In this document: piece after piece, positions 16,850 through 25,962 of the stretch | Position numbering within the stretch: position 1 is the stretch's first letter | Layout of the letters: each line of letters begins with the position of its first letter | NCBI GenBank assembly: GCA_965228735.1 | Contig: OZ245838.1 | Span: forward strand, 6,624,001 to 6,688,000 | DNA length: 64,000 nucleotides | From: Planctomycetota bacterium | Lineage (GTDB): Bacteria > Planctomycetota > UBA1135 > UBA2386 | Direction of reading: 5' to 3' | Made by a program: the position numbers and the translations under genes | Notes under the pieces: generated by a model | What the model saw: only the letters and a program-made list of their open reading frames with translations | Database searches by the model: none | What the model was told of the DNA's origin: nothing

Positions 16850-19444
16850 GTGAGCGCGCTCGAGCCGCTCCCGATCGACGACGTGTTGCCGGCGGTGCGG
16901 CGCGCCCTGCAGAAGGCCGACGATCCGCCGCTCCTGTTGCTCGCGCCGCCGGGCTCGGGCAAGACGACGCGCGTGCCGAGCGCGTTGCTCGACGTCGTTC
17001 CTGAAGACCAGCAGATCGTCGTGCTCGAACCGCGTCGGCTCGCCGCGCGGGCGGCAGCGCAACGCGTCGCCAGCGAACTCGCGACGAAGGTCGGCGACCT
17101 CGTCGGCTACCAGGTGCGCGGCGATTCGAAGACGAGCAAGCGCACCCGCATCCGCTTCGTCACCGAAGGCGTGCTCGTGCGGCAGCTCGTGCGCGACCCG
17201 TTCCTCGAGGGCGTCGCCGCCGTCTGCCTCGACGAGTTCCACGAGCGCAACCTCGAGGGCGACCTCGCGCTCGCGATGCTGCAGGAGGCGCGCACGACGG
17301 TGCGGCCCGATCTGCGGCTCTGCGTGATGTCCGCGACGCTCGATCCGGCGCCGCTGATCGCGTTCCTGCCCGGCGCACAGGTGCTCGAGGCCGACGGCCG
17401 GCTGCACCCGGTCGAGGTCGTGCACCTCGGCAGCGGCGGCGGTCGGGCGCTCGAGAAACGCATCCGCGACGGCGTCGAACGCGCGCTCGATGCGACCGCG
17501 GGCGACGTCCTCGTCTTTCTGGCGGGCGTGGGGGAGATCCAGCGCGCCGCGGACGAGCTCGCGCACTTCTGCGACCGTCGCTCGATCGATCTCCTGCCGC
17601 TGCACGGGCGACTCGACCCGCGCGACCAGGACCGCGCGATCCGGCCCGGCGACCGCCGCAAGGTCGTGCTCGCCACGAACGTCGCCGAGAGCTCGCTCAC
17701 GATTCCCGGCGTGACGGCCGTCGTCGACTCGGGCGAGGAGCGTCAGCTGCGGTTCGACCGCGGCCGCGGCGTCGACGTGCTCGAACTCGGTCGCATCAGT
17801 CGCGCATCGGCCGCGCAACGCGCGGGCCGCGCCGGTCGCACCGGGCCGGGCATCTGCTACCGCCTCTGGAGCGCCGGTGAAGAACGCGCGATGGCCGCGC
17901 ACGGCGTGCCCGACGTGCGCCGCATCGACCTCGCCGGGCCGGCGCTGCTCGTGCGGGCGTTCGCGGGGCGTGATCCCGTTGCGTTCGGCTGGTTCGAGGC
18001 GCCGGACCGCGCCACGCTGAGCGCGGCGGACCACCTGCTCGCGGAGCTCGGCGCCCTGGCGGACGACCGGCTCACGGAACTCGGCGAAGCGCTGCTCGAT
18101 CTGCCGCTGCATCCGCGCCTCGCGGCCGTCGTCGTCGCGGGCCGTCGGTTCGGCGGCGAGGTCAGCAAGGCCGCCGCGACCGCTGCGACGTTGCTGAGTG
18201 ACGTCGAGCAGCTGGGGCGCGGCCGCCCGGCCGACCGCCGCGTCGCCGGCGGGATTGCCAGCGGGATTGCCAGCGGGGGGAGCGACGAAGGCGCGGACCT
18301 CGAGGTCGCGACGGCGGCGTTCCTGCGGGCCGAAGAACGTGGGTTCCCGGCGCCGTTGTGCCGTGAGTTCGCGTCCACACCCGGGTCGGCGCGGCGCCTC
18401 GTCGCGATGCGCGACCGGCTGCTCGGGCACCGCGGCAAGGTTCGCGGCCGCGGCCGCGGCTCGACCGCGGGCAGCCTCGCGAGCTGCCTGCTGCGCGGCT
18501 TCCCGGATCGCGTTGCGTTGCGTTCGGCGTCGGCCAGCGACGGCGGCGGCGACCGCGCCGCGCTCATGGTCGGTGGTCGTGGCTTGCTCTTGCCGGCAGC
18601 GCTGGACGGTCACGACCTCGTGCTCGCGCTGCGGCTGCTCGAGACCGGGCGTCAACAACGATCCAAGGTCGTGCTCGGCGCGCCGCTCGACGAAACGGAA
18701 CTGCCCGGGATCGAGGACGTCGTCGTTGCCGAACTGGACGAACGGGCGGGCCGGGTCTTCGCGGTGCGCCAGCGTCGCTACCGCGATCTGCCGCTGACGG
18801 CGGCGCGCGGCGGCGAGCTGCCGCCCGGTGCTGCGGCCGAACGGCTGACCCCGCTGCTCACCGCCGAGCCCTGGCGCTGGCTCGGCGACGAGAAGGCGGT
18901 GGCCGATCTGCGGCGGCTGCTCGCGCGGATCGCGTGGTTGCGCGAACGCATGCCGGAGCTCGAACTGCCGGAGCTCGACGACGCGGCGATCGGCGCGGCG
19001 GCCGCGCAGCTGCTCGGCGACCGGACCAGCCTGCGCGATGTGCAACCCGGCCCGGTCGCGCGGCTGCTCGAGGGCCAGCTGTCGCCGCCTCAGCAACGCG
19101 CGTTGCGCGAGTCCGCGCCCGACAAGATCGACCTGCCGTCGGGTCGCGCGGCCAAGATCGACTACGCCGCGGCAGCCGGGCCGACCGTGGCCGCGCGGCT
19201 GCAGGAGTTCTTCGGTCTGCCGCGGGTCCCGGCACTCGCCGGCGGGCGCATCCCGGTCGTTCTCGAGCTGCTCGCACCGAACCACCGGCCGGTGCAGGTG
19301 ACGACCGATCTGGCGAGCTTCTGGACCAACCACTATCCCGCGATCCGTCGCGAACTGAGCCGGCGGTATCCGCGCCACAGCTGGCCCGAAGACCCGCTCG
19401 CAGCGACACCAGAGGCGCGACCGGCGCGCCGCCGCCGCCGCTGA
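16850..19444 (+). CDS. hrpB: ATP-dependent RNA helicase HrpB
   Basis: PPGSGKTT, DEFHER, MSAT, QRAGRAGR, C-terminal LAPNHRPVQVTTDLASFW...RYPRHSWPEDP. Confidence 0.95.
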   Translation: MSALEPLPIDDVLPAVRRALQKADDPPLLLLAPPGSGKTTRVPSALLDVVPEDQQIVVLEPRRLAARAAAQRVASELATKVGDLVGYQVRGDSKTSKRTRIRFVTEGVLVRQLVRDPFLEGVAAVCLDEFHERNLEGDLALAMLQEARTTVRPDLRLCVMSATLDPAPLIAFLPGAQVLEADGRLHPVEVVHLGSGGGRALEKRIRDGVERALDATAGDVLVFLAGVGEIQRAADELAHFCDRRSIDLLPLHGRLDPRDQDRAIRPGDRRKVVLATNVAESSLTIPGVTAVVDSGEERQLRFDRGRGVDVLELGRISRASAAQRAGRAGRTGPGICYRLWSAGEERAMAAHGVPDVRRIDLAGPALLVRAFAGRDPVAFGWFEAPDRATLSAADHLLAELGALADDRLTELGEALLDLPLHPRLAAVVVAGRRFGGEVSKAAATAATLLSDVEQLGRGRPADRRVAGGIASGIASGGSDEGADLEVATAAFLRAEERGFPAPLCREFASTPGSARRLVAMRDRLLGHRGKVRGRGRGSTAGSLASCLLRGFPDRVALRSASASDGGGDRAALMVGGRGLLLPAALDGHDLVLALRLLETGRQQRSKVVLGAPLDETELPGIEDVVVAELDERAGRVFAVRQRRYRDLPLTAARGGELPPGAAAERLTPLLTAEPWRWLGDEKAVADLRRLLARIAWLRERMPELELPELDDAAIGAAAAQLLGDRTSLRDVQPGPVARLLEGQLSPPQQRALRESAPDKIDLPSGRAAKIDYAAAAGPTVAARLQEFFGLPRVPALAGGRIPVVLELLAPNHRPVQVTTDLASFWTNHYPAIRRELSRRYPRHSWPEDPLAATPEARPARRRRR

Positions 19445-19570
19445 GCCGAGCGCGACTGACCAATAGTCGGACGGTCTGCCAGGGCCGCTCAAGATCTGGA
19501 CGGAGGACGTCGAAAGTCTCCTTGCGGAGCACCTTTCCGCGTCACTCACACGTCCACGCCGGCCCCACGC

Positions 19571-21004
19571 ATGAGTCTCGAAGTCCGACTCGGACAGCGC
19601 CAGGAACAGCGCCTCGCCCTGCTGCCGCAGATGCTGCAGTCGATCGAGGTGCTGCAGATGGCGACGACGGATCTGCTGCAGTTCCTCGAACTCGAGGCCG
19701 AGCAGAACGAGACGCTCGAACTCACGGACGTCGCGCGGGCGGCGGACGAGTTCGGCGATGTGGCCGCCGCCGCGACGGAGGACGCGGCAGGGGACGAATC
19801 GGACGGCCGCGATCGCGGCGAGTTCGCCGGCGACGACGACTGGACTCCGCGGGCGCGGGGCGACGCGGGGGAGCCGGACGGCAAGCGCGCGTTCCTCGAG
19901 AACGTCGCGGACCGCGACGGCACGCTCGTCGACTTCGTGCGCGAGCAGGTCGCGTTCCGCGAAGTCCCGGACGAACTCGCGGCGGCCGTGGTGCAACTGA
20001 CCGAGCACCTCGACGAGCGCGGGTTGCTGCCGTTCCCGCTGCCCGATCTCGCAGCCGAGTTCGGGCTGCCGCTCGAACTGCTCGAGGAGGCCCGCGACGA
20101 ACTGCAGTCGCTCGAGCCGCGCGGCATCGGTGCCGCGGACCCGGTCGCCGCGATGCTGTTGCAGGCTGCCGGCGACCCCGACCTCGTGGTCATCGAGCAG
20201 CTGCTCAAGCAACACCTCGAGGCGCTCGGCAAGAACCGTTTGCCCGACGTCGCGCGCGAGGTGGACCTGTCGATCGACGAGCTGCAGGAGGTCATCGCGC
20301 GCATCCGCCAGCTCAATCCGCGCCCCGCTTCGGAGTTCTCCGACGAGGTCGCGCAGGCCATTCGCCCCGACGCCTACGTCGCGTTCATCGACGGTCGGGT
20401 CCTCGTTTCGCTCGACGACGCCGCGCTGCCGGGTGTCGGTATCGACGCGGAATACGCCGCGCTCGCGGCCGAGGCGACGACGGCGCGCGAGGTGAAGGAC
20501 TACCTGCGGCCGAAGCTGCGCTCCGCTCGCGAACTGATCAGCGCGGTCGAGCAGCGGCGCGAGACGCTGCTGCGCGTCGTGCACGCCGTGATGGAGCAGC
20601 AGTTGCAGTTCTTGCAGCGCGGCCGCGCAGCGATCGTGCCGCTGCGCATGAGCGACGTCGCGGACCGTCTCGAGATGCACACGTCGACCGTGAGCCGCGC
20701 GATCGCGGGCAAGCACGTCGCGACGTCTTTCGGCCTGTTCCGGCTGCGCGACTTCTTCGACGGCGGTCGGCTCAAGGGCGGCGCGGGCAGCGCGCGCGCC
20801 GGCCAGGGCCGCCTCGGCGTCGCGCAGCAGGTCGCGGATCTCGTGGCCGCCGAGGACAAGAGCGCGCCGCTCTCGGACGACGAGCTCGTCCAGGCGCTGG
20901 CGAGCAAGGGCGTGTCGGTGGCTCGTCGCACGATCGCGAAGTACCGCAAAGAACTGGAGATCCCGTCGAGCTATCGGCGCCGGCGCTACGGAGGAGATTC
21001 ATGA
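19571..21004 (+). CDS. rpoN: RNA polymerase sigma-54 factor
   Basis: PQMLQSIEVLQ region I, MHTSTVSRA HTH, RpoN box ARRTIAKYR. Confidence 0.96.
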   Translation: MSLEVRLGQRQEQRLALLPQMLQSIEVLQMATTDLLQFLELEAEQNETLELTDVARAADEFGDVAAAATEDAAGDESDGRDRGEFAGDDDWTPRARGDAGEPDGKRAFLENVADRDGTLVDFVREQVAFREVPDELAAAVVQLTEHLDERGLLPFPLPDLAAEFGLPLELLEEARDELQSLEPRGIGAADPVAAMLLQAAGDPDLVVIEQLLKQHLEALGKNRLPDVAREVDLSIDELQEVIARIRQLNPRPASEFSDEVAQAIRPDAYVAFIDGRVLVSLDDAALPGVGIDAEYAALAAEATTAREVKDYLRPKLRSARELISAVEQRRETLLRVVHAVMEQQLQFLQRGRAAIVPLRMSDVADRLEMHTSTVSRAIAGKHVATSFGLFRLRDFFDGGRLKGGAGSARAGQGRLGVAQQVADLVAAEDKSAPLSDDELVQALASKGVSVARRTIAKYRKELEIPSSYRRRRYGGDS

Positions 21005-21771
21005 CCTACAACCCGCTCTCGTACGGAGAGATCAACCTCGAGAAGAAGGCCGGCGGCGACCAGGCCGCGGCCGGCGCGGAATCGCCCGACGACATCCTGT
21101 TCCAGGACGCCGGACCGGGGGCCTCGTCGGCGGCGCCGTCGGCAGAGGGGAGCTGGGACAGCGGTGGAGCGGACTTCGACGAGGCGGGACCGAGCGGTTC
21201 GCCCCAGAACCTCACGGAGTTCGGCGCCAACATCCTCGGGGAAGAGACGCACCCGCACGAGTCCGCGCCCGGCCCGGGGGCGGCCTACGATCCGATGGGC
21301 GGGGCCTACGAGTCGGCGGGCGATGACTACGACGCGCCAGCCGGCGCGCCGATGGGCGGCCCGGCGTCACTCGGTGGGATGCCTGGCATGGACGAGCCCG
21401 GGGTCGGTGGCGGCGCGCCGCTCGCGGATCAGATGGGGCAGGGCGCGATGCCGGTGCCGCGACAGGAGCCCGAGTCGGTGCGCCAGCCCGCGCGGTCGCA
21501 GCCGAGCAGCCCGAAGGCACAGAAGAGCCAGCGAACCGCGAGCGGTCAGAGCGCCCAGCAACCGGGTCGCCGCAGCCCGCCGCGCCGCAAGAGTCCGGCC
21601 CGCCGCCGGGCGTCGCGCATGATGGCGACCGTAGTGCCCGCGATCCTCGTCGCCGCCGGTGGCGCGGGAGCCGGTTGGCTCTACATGATGCAGCAGAACG
21701 CGGTCATGGCCGGGATCACCGGTGGTGCCAGCCTCGTCGCCGCCGCGATGGGCCGCATCCTGTTCCGGTGA
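21001..21771 (+). CDS. Hypothetical protein, low-complexity N-terminus and two C-terminal TM helices
   Basis: ATGA overlap with rpoN stop, GGAG upstream; acidic/Gly-Pro-rich, then basic, then hydrophobic segments. Confidence 0.7.
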   Translation: MTYNPLSYGEINLEKKAGGDQAAAGAESPDDILFQDAGPGASSAAPSAEGSWDSGGADFDEAGPSGSPQNLTEFGANILGEETHPHESAPGPGAAYDPMGGAYESAGDDYDAPAGAPMGGPASLGGMPGMDEPGVGGGAPLADQMGQGAMPVPRQEPESVRQPARSQPSSPKAQKSQRTASGQSAQQPGRRSPPRRKSPARRRASRMMATVVPAILVAAGGAGAGWLYMMQQNAVMAGITGGASLVAAAMGRILFR

Positions 21772-21847
21772 CCGCGCGAGCGGGCCGCGCAATTCGCCCG
21801 ACGAAGGTTCCGCTGCGGGCCGCCCGGCGAATAGAACGACGCGGCCG

Positions 21848-22666
21848 ATGCCGACCGCGCTGCTGACCATCGCCTACGAGGGCACCCGTTATGCTGGCTG
21901 GCAGCGCCAGCTCGGCCAGCCCACGGTGCAGCAGTGCCTCGAGGAGGCGTTCGCCGCGATCGACTGCCCCGGGATCCACGTCGAGGGCGCGGGGCGAACG
22001 GACGCCGGCGTGCACGCGTTGGCGCAGTGTGCGCACGTTCGGCTGCCGCGGCCGTTCCCCGTGGAGCGACTGCCGATCGCGCTCAACACCAACCTGCCCG
22101 ACGACATCGCCGTGCGGGCCGCGCGTGCCGTGCCAGACGATTTCCACGCCCGCTTCTGCGCGCGCGGCAAGCGCTACGTCTATCGCTGCGTGGTTTCCCG
22201 GATCCGGCCGGCGATCGGGCGCAACCTCATGCACTGGGTGAGGCGACCCGTCGATCTGCACGCGATGCGAACGGCCGCAGCCTGCCTCGTCGGCGAGCAC
22301 GACTTCGCCGCGTTCGCCTCCAACCCGGGCTACCCGCGTCAGCGCGGCACGGTGCGCACGCTGCGCGCGGTGCACCTGCCGGCGACCCGGCACGGGTTCG
22401 ACTTCGCCGTCGAGGGCAGCGGGTTCCTCTACAACATGGTGCGGGCGCTCATCGGCTCGCTGCTCGAGGTCGGGTTCGGCAACAAGCCAGTGGCGTGGTT
22501 CCGGGAGGTCCTCGAATCGCGCGACCGCAACTTCGCGTCCACGACCGCGCCGGCGTCCGGTCTCTACCTGCTGCGGGTGCTCTACGCGCCGGACCTCTCG
22601 CCCGGGCCGGCGCCGCCGCTGATGCCGGGCCCCGCCGGGGAAGATGTCCCCGAGCTGGACGACTGA
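21848..22666 (+). CDS. truA: tRNA pseudouridine(38-40) synthase
   Basis: YEGTRYAGWQRQ, GAGRTDAGVHA, GFLYNMVR. Confidence 0.96.
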   Translation: MPTALLTIAYEGTRYAGWQRQLGQPTVQQCLEEAFAAIDCPGIHVEGAGRTDAGVHALAQCAHVRLPRPFPVERLPIALNTNLPDDIAVRAARAVPDDFHARFCARGKRYVYRCVVSRIRPAIGRNLMHWVRRPVDLHAMRTAAACLVGEHDFAAFASNPGYPRQRGTVRTLRAVHLPATRHGFDFAVEGSGFLYNMVRALIGSLLEVGFGNKPVAWFREVLESRDRNFASTTAPASGLYLLRVLYAPDLSPGPAPPLMPGPAGEDVPELDD

Positions 22667-22807
22667 CCGCCGCTTCGCCGACAGGATCGAGAACTCTTCG
22701 GCTACCGACGACTGCGTGCGAATAGTCCGGGGGATTCGCCCGTATCGGCCCATCGACCGTCGCTCACGTCTGACCGCAACCTCACCCTACGGGGACCCTG
22801 ACTTACG

Positions 22808-24622
22808 ATGAATGCACCTGTCCTGTTCTCTTCTCTGTTCGCGCTCGGCTGCGGCCTCCTGCCGGCCCAGGCGCCGCAACTGCCGCCGCAGTCCGCCGCC
22901 GACCTGCTGCCCGCGTCGACGTTCGCCGCCGTCCAGTTCGCCGGCATCGAGGCCTGCGCCGAGGCCGCCGAGCAACTGCCGATGGGAGCGGTGATTCGCG
23001 AGTTCCTCGAGAACGTCCCGGCCGCGACGCGCGCCGAGCACCTCGACGAACACCTCGACCGGGCCGCGCAGCACGTGCGCCAGACGCTGAAGCGCGTCGG
23101 CATCGCGCCGCAGGACCTGCAGGCGTTCCTCGGCTGCAAGCATGCGATCGGCATCGGTCGGCCGACGATCGAGGGCATGGGGCCGTCGTTCGCGTGGCTC
23201 GTCGAGACGGGCGGGGCGGAGAACGAGGCCGCGTTCGAGCGGCTGATCTCGGCGCTCGCGGGGCTCGGCCAGCGCGCCGGCGCGATCGGTCGCGCCAGCG
23301 AGGTCGAGATCGACGGCGCGCCCTTCCGGCTCTGGCGCGTCCAGGGGCACGTGCCGGTCTTCGTCGGCAAGGTCGGTTCCCACATGGTCGTGACCAACAG
23401 CCGCGGCTACGTGCGGGAGATCGGCGCCGTCGTCAGCGGTCAGCGGCAGAGTCTGCAGAAGGGCTCGAGCCTCGGCCGCGTGCAGCGCATGCTCGGCGAT
23501 GCCAACGTGCTCGCGTCGGTGTTCGCCAACACCAAGAAGCTCTGTTCGATGGCGGACCCGGTGCTGCCCTACGAGATCTCGGAATGGTCCGACGTGCTCG
23601 GCCTCGGCAAGCTCGACGGCATCTACGCGGCGACGGCCGCCGGTGGTGACGGCGCGGTCGAGATGCTGCACATCGGCATGAACGGCAGTCCCGACGGCCT
23701 CTTCAAGGTCGCCGCGAGCAAGCCGCTCGACTTCCACGTGGCGCGCTGCTTCTCCGAGAACACGGTCGCGTTCGCCGCGCTGCGCTGCAACGTGCCGGGC
23801 CTGATCGAGGCGTTCGACCGCTTCGTCGACCTGCTGCCGGCGGAAGCGCAGCACGAGATCCGGCACGAGCTGCACCGCGAGTTCGGTCGCGAGCTGCGGC
23901 GGGCGGGCTCGTCGCCCGAGGAGCTCCACAAGCTGCTCGACGCGTTCGGTGACCAGATCGCGTTCGGTCTGAGCCTCGAGCCGAGTGCCGTGCCGAAGCC
24001 CGAGATGCTCGTGCGCATCAGCGTGAACGATGCCGCGCCGATCAGCAACCTGCTGCAGCGCTTCGAGGCGCTGCTCACCGAGGAGGAAGGGCTCGCCTGG
24101 AAGAGCCGCAACGTCGACGGCACGACCGTGCGCTTCGTCAACGTGAACATCCAGAACGAGTTCAAGCTGTCGCCGTGCTACGCGCTGACCGAGGACGCGC
24201 TGATGATCGGTTCGGACACGGCCGCGCTCGTGCGCGCGCTGCGCAGCGACGATCCCGAGGAGAGCCTCTGGGGCCAGGACGACTTCGAGAGCGTGCGCAA
24301 GGACATGAAGGGCGCGTTCGGCGTGCTGCACCTGCGCCTGTTCCGCGCGTCGGAGCTCGGCTGGCGCACGGTCGAGACGATGGCCTTCCCGCAGATCGAC
24401 GCGCACGCCGACGAGCTCGGCTTCGACAGCGACGCGCTGCCGGACCAGGACCAGATGTCCGAAGCGCTCGGCTGCACGACGATCGGCGCGCACGTCGACG
24501 CCAAGGGCTACACGCTCGTCACGACCGGGCTGCTCGGCAACGGCCCGTGGCTCGCGCTGTTCGGCCGCCTCGCGGACGAGGTCCTCGCCCGCGCGTCCCG
24601 CACGCAGCCGAAGATCTACTAG
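22808..24622 (+). CDS. Secreted hypothetical protein (possibly DUF3352-like)
   Basis: 604 aa, signal peptide, host-like codon use; AADLLPAST start of mature region. Confidence 0.7.
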   Translation: MNAPVLFSSLFALGCGLLPAQAPQLPPQSAADLLPASTFAAVQFAGIEACAEAAEQLPMGAVIREFLENVPAATRAEHLDEHLDRAAQHVRQTLKRVGIAPQDLQAFLGCKHAIGIGRPTIEGMGPSFAWLVETGGAENEAAFERLISALAGLGQRAGAIGRASEVEIDGAPFRLWRVQGHVPVFVGKVGSHMVVTNSRGYVREIGAVVSGQRQSLQKGSSLGRVQRMLGDANVLASVFANTKKLCSMADPVLPYEISEWSDVLGLGKLDGIYAATAAGGDGAVEMLHIGMNGSPDGLFKVAASKPLDFHVARCFSENTVAFAALRCNVPGLIEAFDRFVDLLPAEAQHEIRHELHREFGRELRRAGSSPEELHKLLDAFGDQIAFGLSLEPSAVPKPEMLVRISVNDAAPISNLLQRFEALLTEEEGLAWKSRNVDGTTVRFVNVNIQNEFKLSPCYALTEDALMIGSDTAALVRALRSDDPEESLWGQDDFESVRKDMKGAFGVLHLRLFRASELGWRTVETMAFPQIDAHADELGFDSDALPDQDQMSEALGCTTIGAHVDAKGYTLVTTGLLGNGPWLALFGRLADEVLARASRTQPKIY

Positions 24623-24736
24623 GCCCCCGTACGGTACCGGCCCCCGTACGGTACCTGGTTCATGCTGCCGGCCGCGAGCGCGCTGCCTCGCGGGTGGCGT
24701 CTTGGCGGCCGGCAGCATGAACCAGGTACCGTACGG
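24622..24736. repeat. REP-like element (family A): 17-bp tandem duplication plus 32-bp perfect inverted repeat
   Basis: ggcccccgtacggtacc x2 (24622-24655); arms 24644-24675 and 24705-24736 share ccgtacggtacctggttca with the 13457 element. Confidence 0.85.
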
Positions 24737-24785
24737 CCGGGGAGGGTCTTGCTCTTCGCGGCGTCTCGGGTTGCGATAGGGGTCC

Positions 24786-25022
24786 ATGGTCGACAGCCGA
24801 ACCGGGATTCGCCGAATCGAGGTGCTGCGTCGGGGCCTGCGGGCCAAGGCCAAGGCGGCCGGGGAGGCCGTGACCGTGCGCGCCGAGGATCTGCTCGCCC
24901 TGCTCGACGAGGTCGGGCGGCTGGCGCAGGGCAACGACCGGCTGCGGCGGCAGAACAAGCGCATGCGGCTGCGCACGCGGCGGGCCCTCGTCGGTGACGA
25001 CGCGGACGCGAACGTGAACTGA
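24786..25022 (+). CDS. Small hypothetical coiled-coil protein
   Basis: 78 aa ORF filling the gap; heptad-like LLALLDEVGRLAQGNDRLRRQNKRMR. Confidence 0.55.
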   Translation: MVDSRTGIRRIEVLRRGLRAKAKAAGEAVTVRAEDLLALLDEVGRLAQGNDRLRRQNKRMRLRTRRALVGDDADANVN

Positions 25023-25049
25023 GCGCGCCGCGCGCCAGGTCTTCCTCGG

Positions 25050-25880
25050 ATGGCAGCCGCGAACGTTCTCTTCGTCCACTGGCACGCGGCCGAGGGTGAG
25101 GAGCGCGCCGCCAAGCTGCGCGCGCTCGGTCACGATGTCACGTTGCACTGGGACCGCGACGCGGGTTCGCAGCTCACGCGCGGTGTCGCGCGCGCGCTGC
25201 CGGATGTCGTCGTCGTGGACCTCGCGCGCCTGCCGTCGCACGGCCGCGAGGTCGCGGACTGGCTGTGGGGGCGCAAGGCCAGCCGGCACGTTCCCGTGGT
25301 GTTCGTCGAGGGCGATCCCGACAAGACCGAGCGGGCGCGTCAGCAGTTTCCCGCGGCGGTCTTCGCGCCGTGGAGTCGGGTGCGCGGCGCGATCACGCGG
25401 GCGCTGAAGAACCCGCCGGCCGCGGCCGGCGCGCCGGTGCGGAACCGGGCCGCGAGCTCGAGCGCGGCCGGTGCCGCCGGCGCCGGCTACTCGGGCACGC
25501 CGTTGCCGAAGAAGCTCGGCATCAAGCCGGACGCGCGCGCGGTCCTCGTGCGGGCGCCCCGCGGCTTCGCGGACACGCTCGGGGACCTGCCCGCGGGCGC
25601 CAGGGTCACGAGCCGACTCAGCGGCGAGTTCCAGGTCGTCGTCCTGTTCTGTCGCGCGCTGACCGAGCTGCGCGCCGACTGGTCCCGCGCGGTGCAGCAC
25701 CTCGCTGCGGGCGGCAGCCTCTGGATCGGCTGGCCGAAGAAGAGTTCGGGCAAGTTGACCGATCTCGACGGCAACGTCGTGCGCGCGTTCGGCCTCGATC
25801 AGGGGCTCGTCGACACCAAGGTCTGCGCGATCGACGAGATCTGGTCGGGCCTGCGCTTCCAGCGGCGGCGGTCGCGGTAG
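25050..25880 (+). CDS. Receiver-like domain fused to DUF3052-like domain
   Basis: N-terminal PDVVVVDLARLPSHG; C-terminal GYSGTPLPKKLGIK...LWIGWPKKSS...GLVDTKVCAIDEIWSGLRF. Confidence 0.75.
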   Translation: MAAANVLFVHWHAAEGEERAAKLRALGHDVTLHWDRDAGSQLTRGVARALPDVVVVDLARLPSHGREVADWLWGRKASRHVPVVFVEGDPDKTERARQQFPAAVFAPWSRVRGAITRALKNPPAAAGAPVRNRAASSSAAGAAGAGYSGTPLPKKLGIKPDARAVLVRAPRGFADTLGDLPAGARVTSRLSGEFQVVVLFCRALTELRADWSRAVQHLAAGGSLWIGWPKKSSGKLTDLDGNVVRAFGLDQGLVDTKVCAIDEIWSGLRFQRRRSR

Positions 25881-25962
25881 CCCACGGCAGCCGCGGGCCG
25901 GCGGTTTGCGGAGTTCGCGAACGCCCCGTATCGTCGTCCCGCCGGCATCCCCGGGAATCGTC

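Noticed and set aside
18248..18277. 12-bp duplication in hrpB (GIASGIAS), and a similar ADST duplication near 1610-1640
   Set aside because: Short in-frame slippage in variable loops; no evidence of function
16787..20716. 1309-aa minus-strand ORF and other long antisense ORFs (e.g. 35628-38489, 53345-56107, 13500-15839, 51256-53682)
   Set aside because: Shadow frames of well-supported genes; stop codons are scarce at this GC content and the products are Arg/Ala-rich with no motifs
18934..21000. Upstream part of the 945-aa ORF 18934-21771
   Set aside because: Alternative frame over hrpB and rpoN; the plausible gene starts at ATG 21001
24622..24736. Possible CRISPR array
   Set aside because: Repeats are inverted or directly adjacent, with no regular unique spacers and no cas genes
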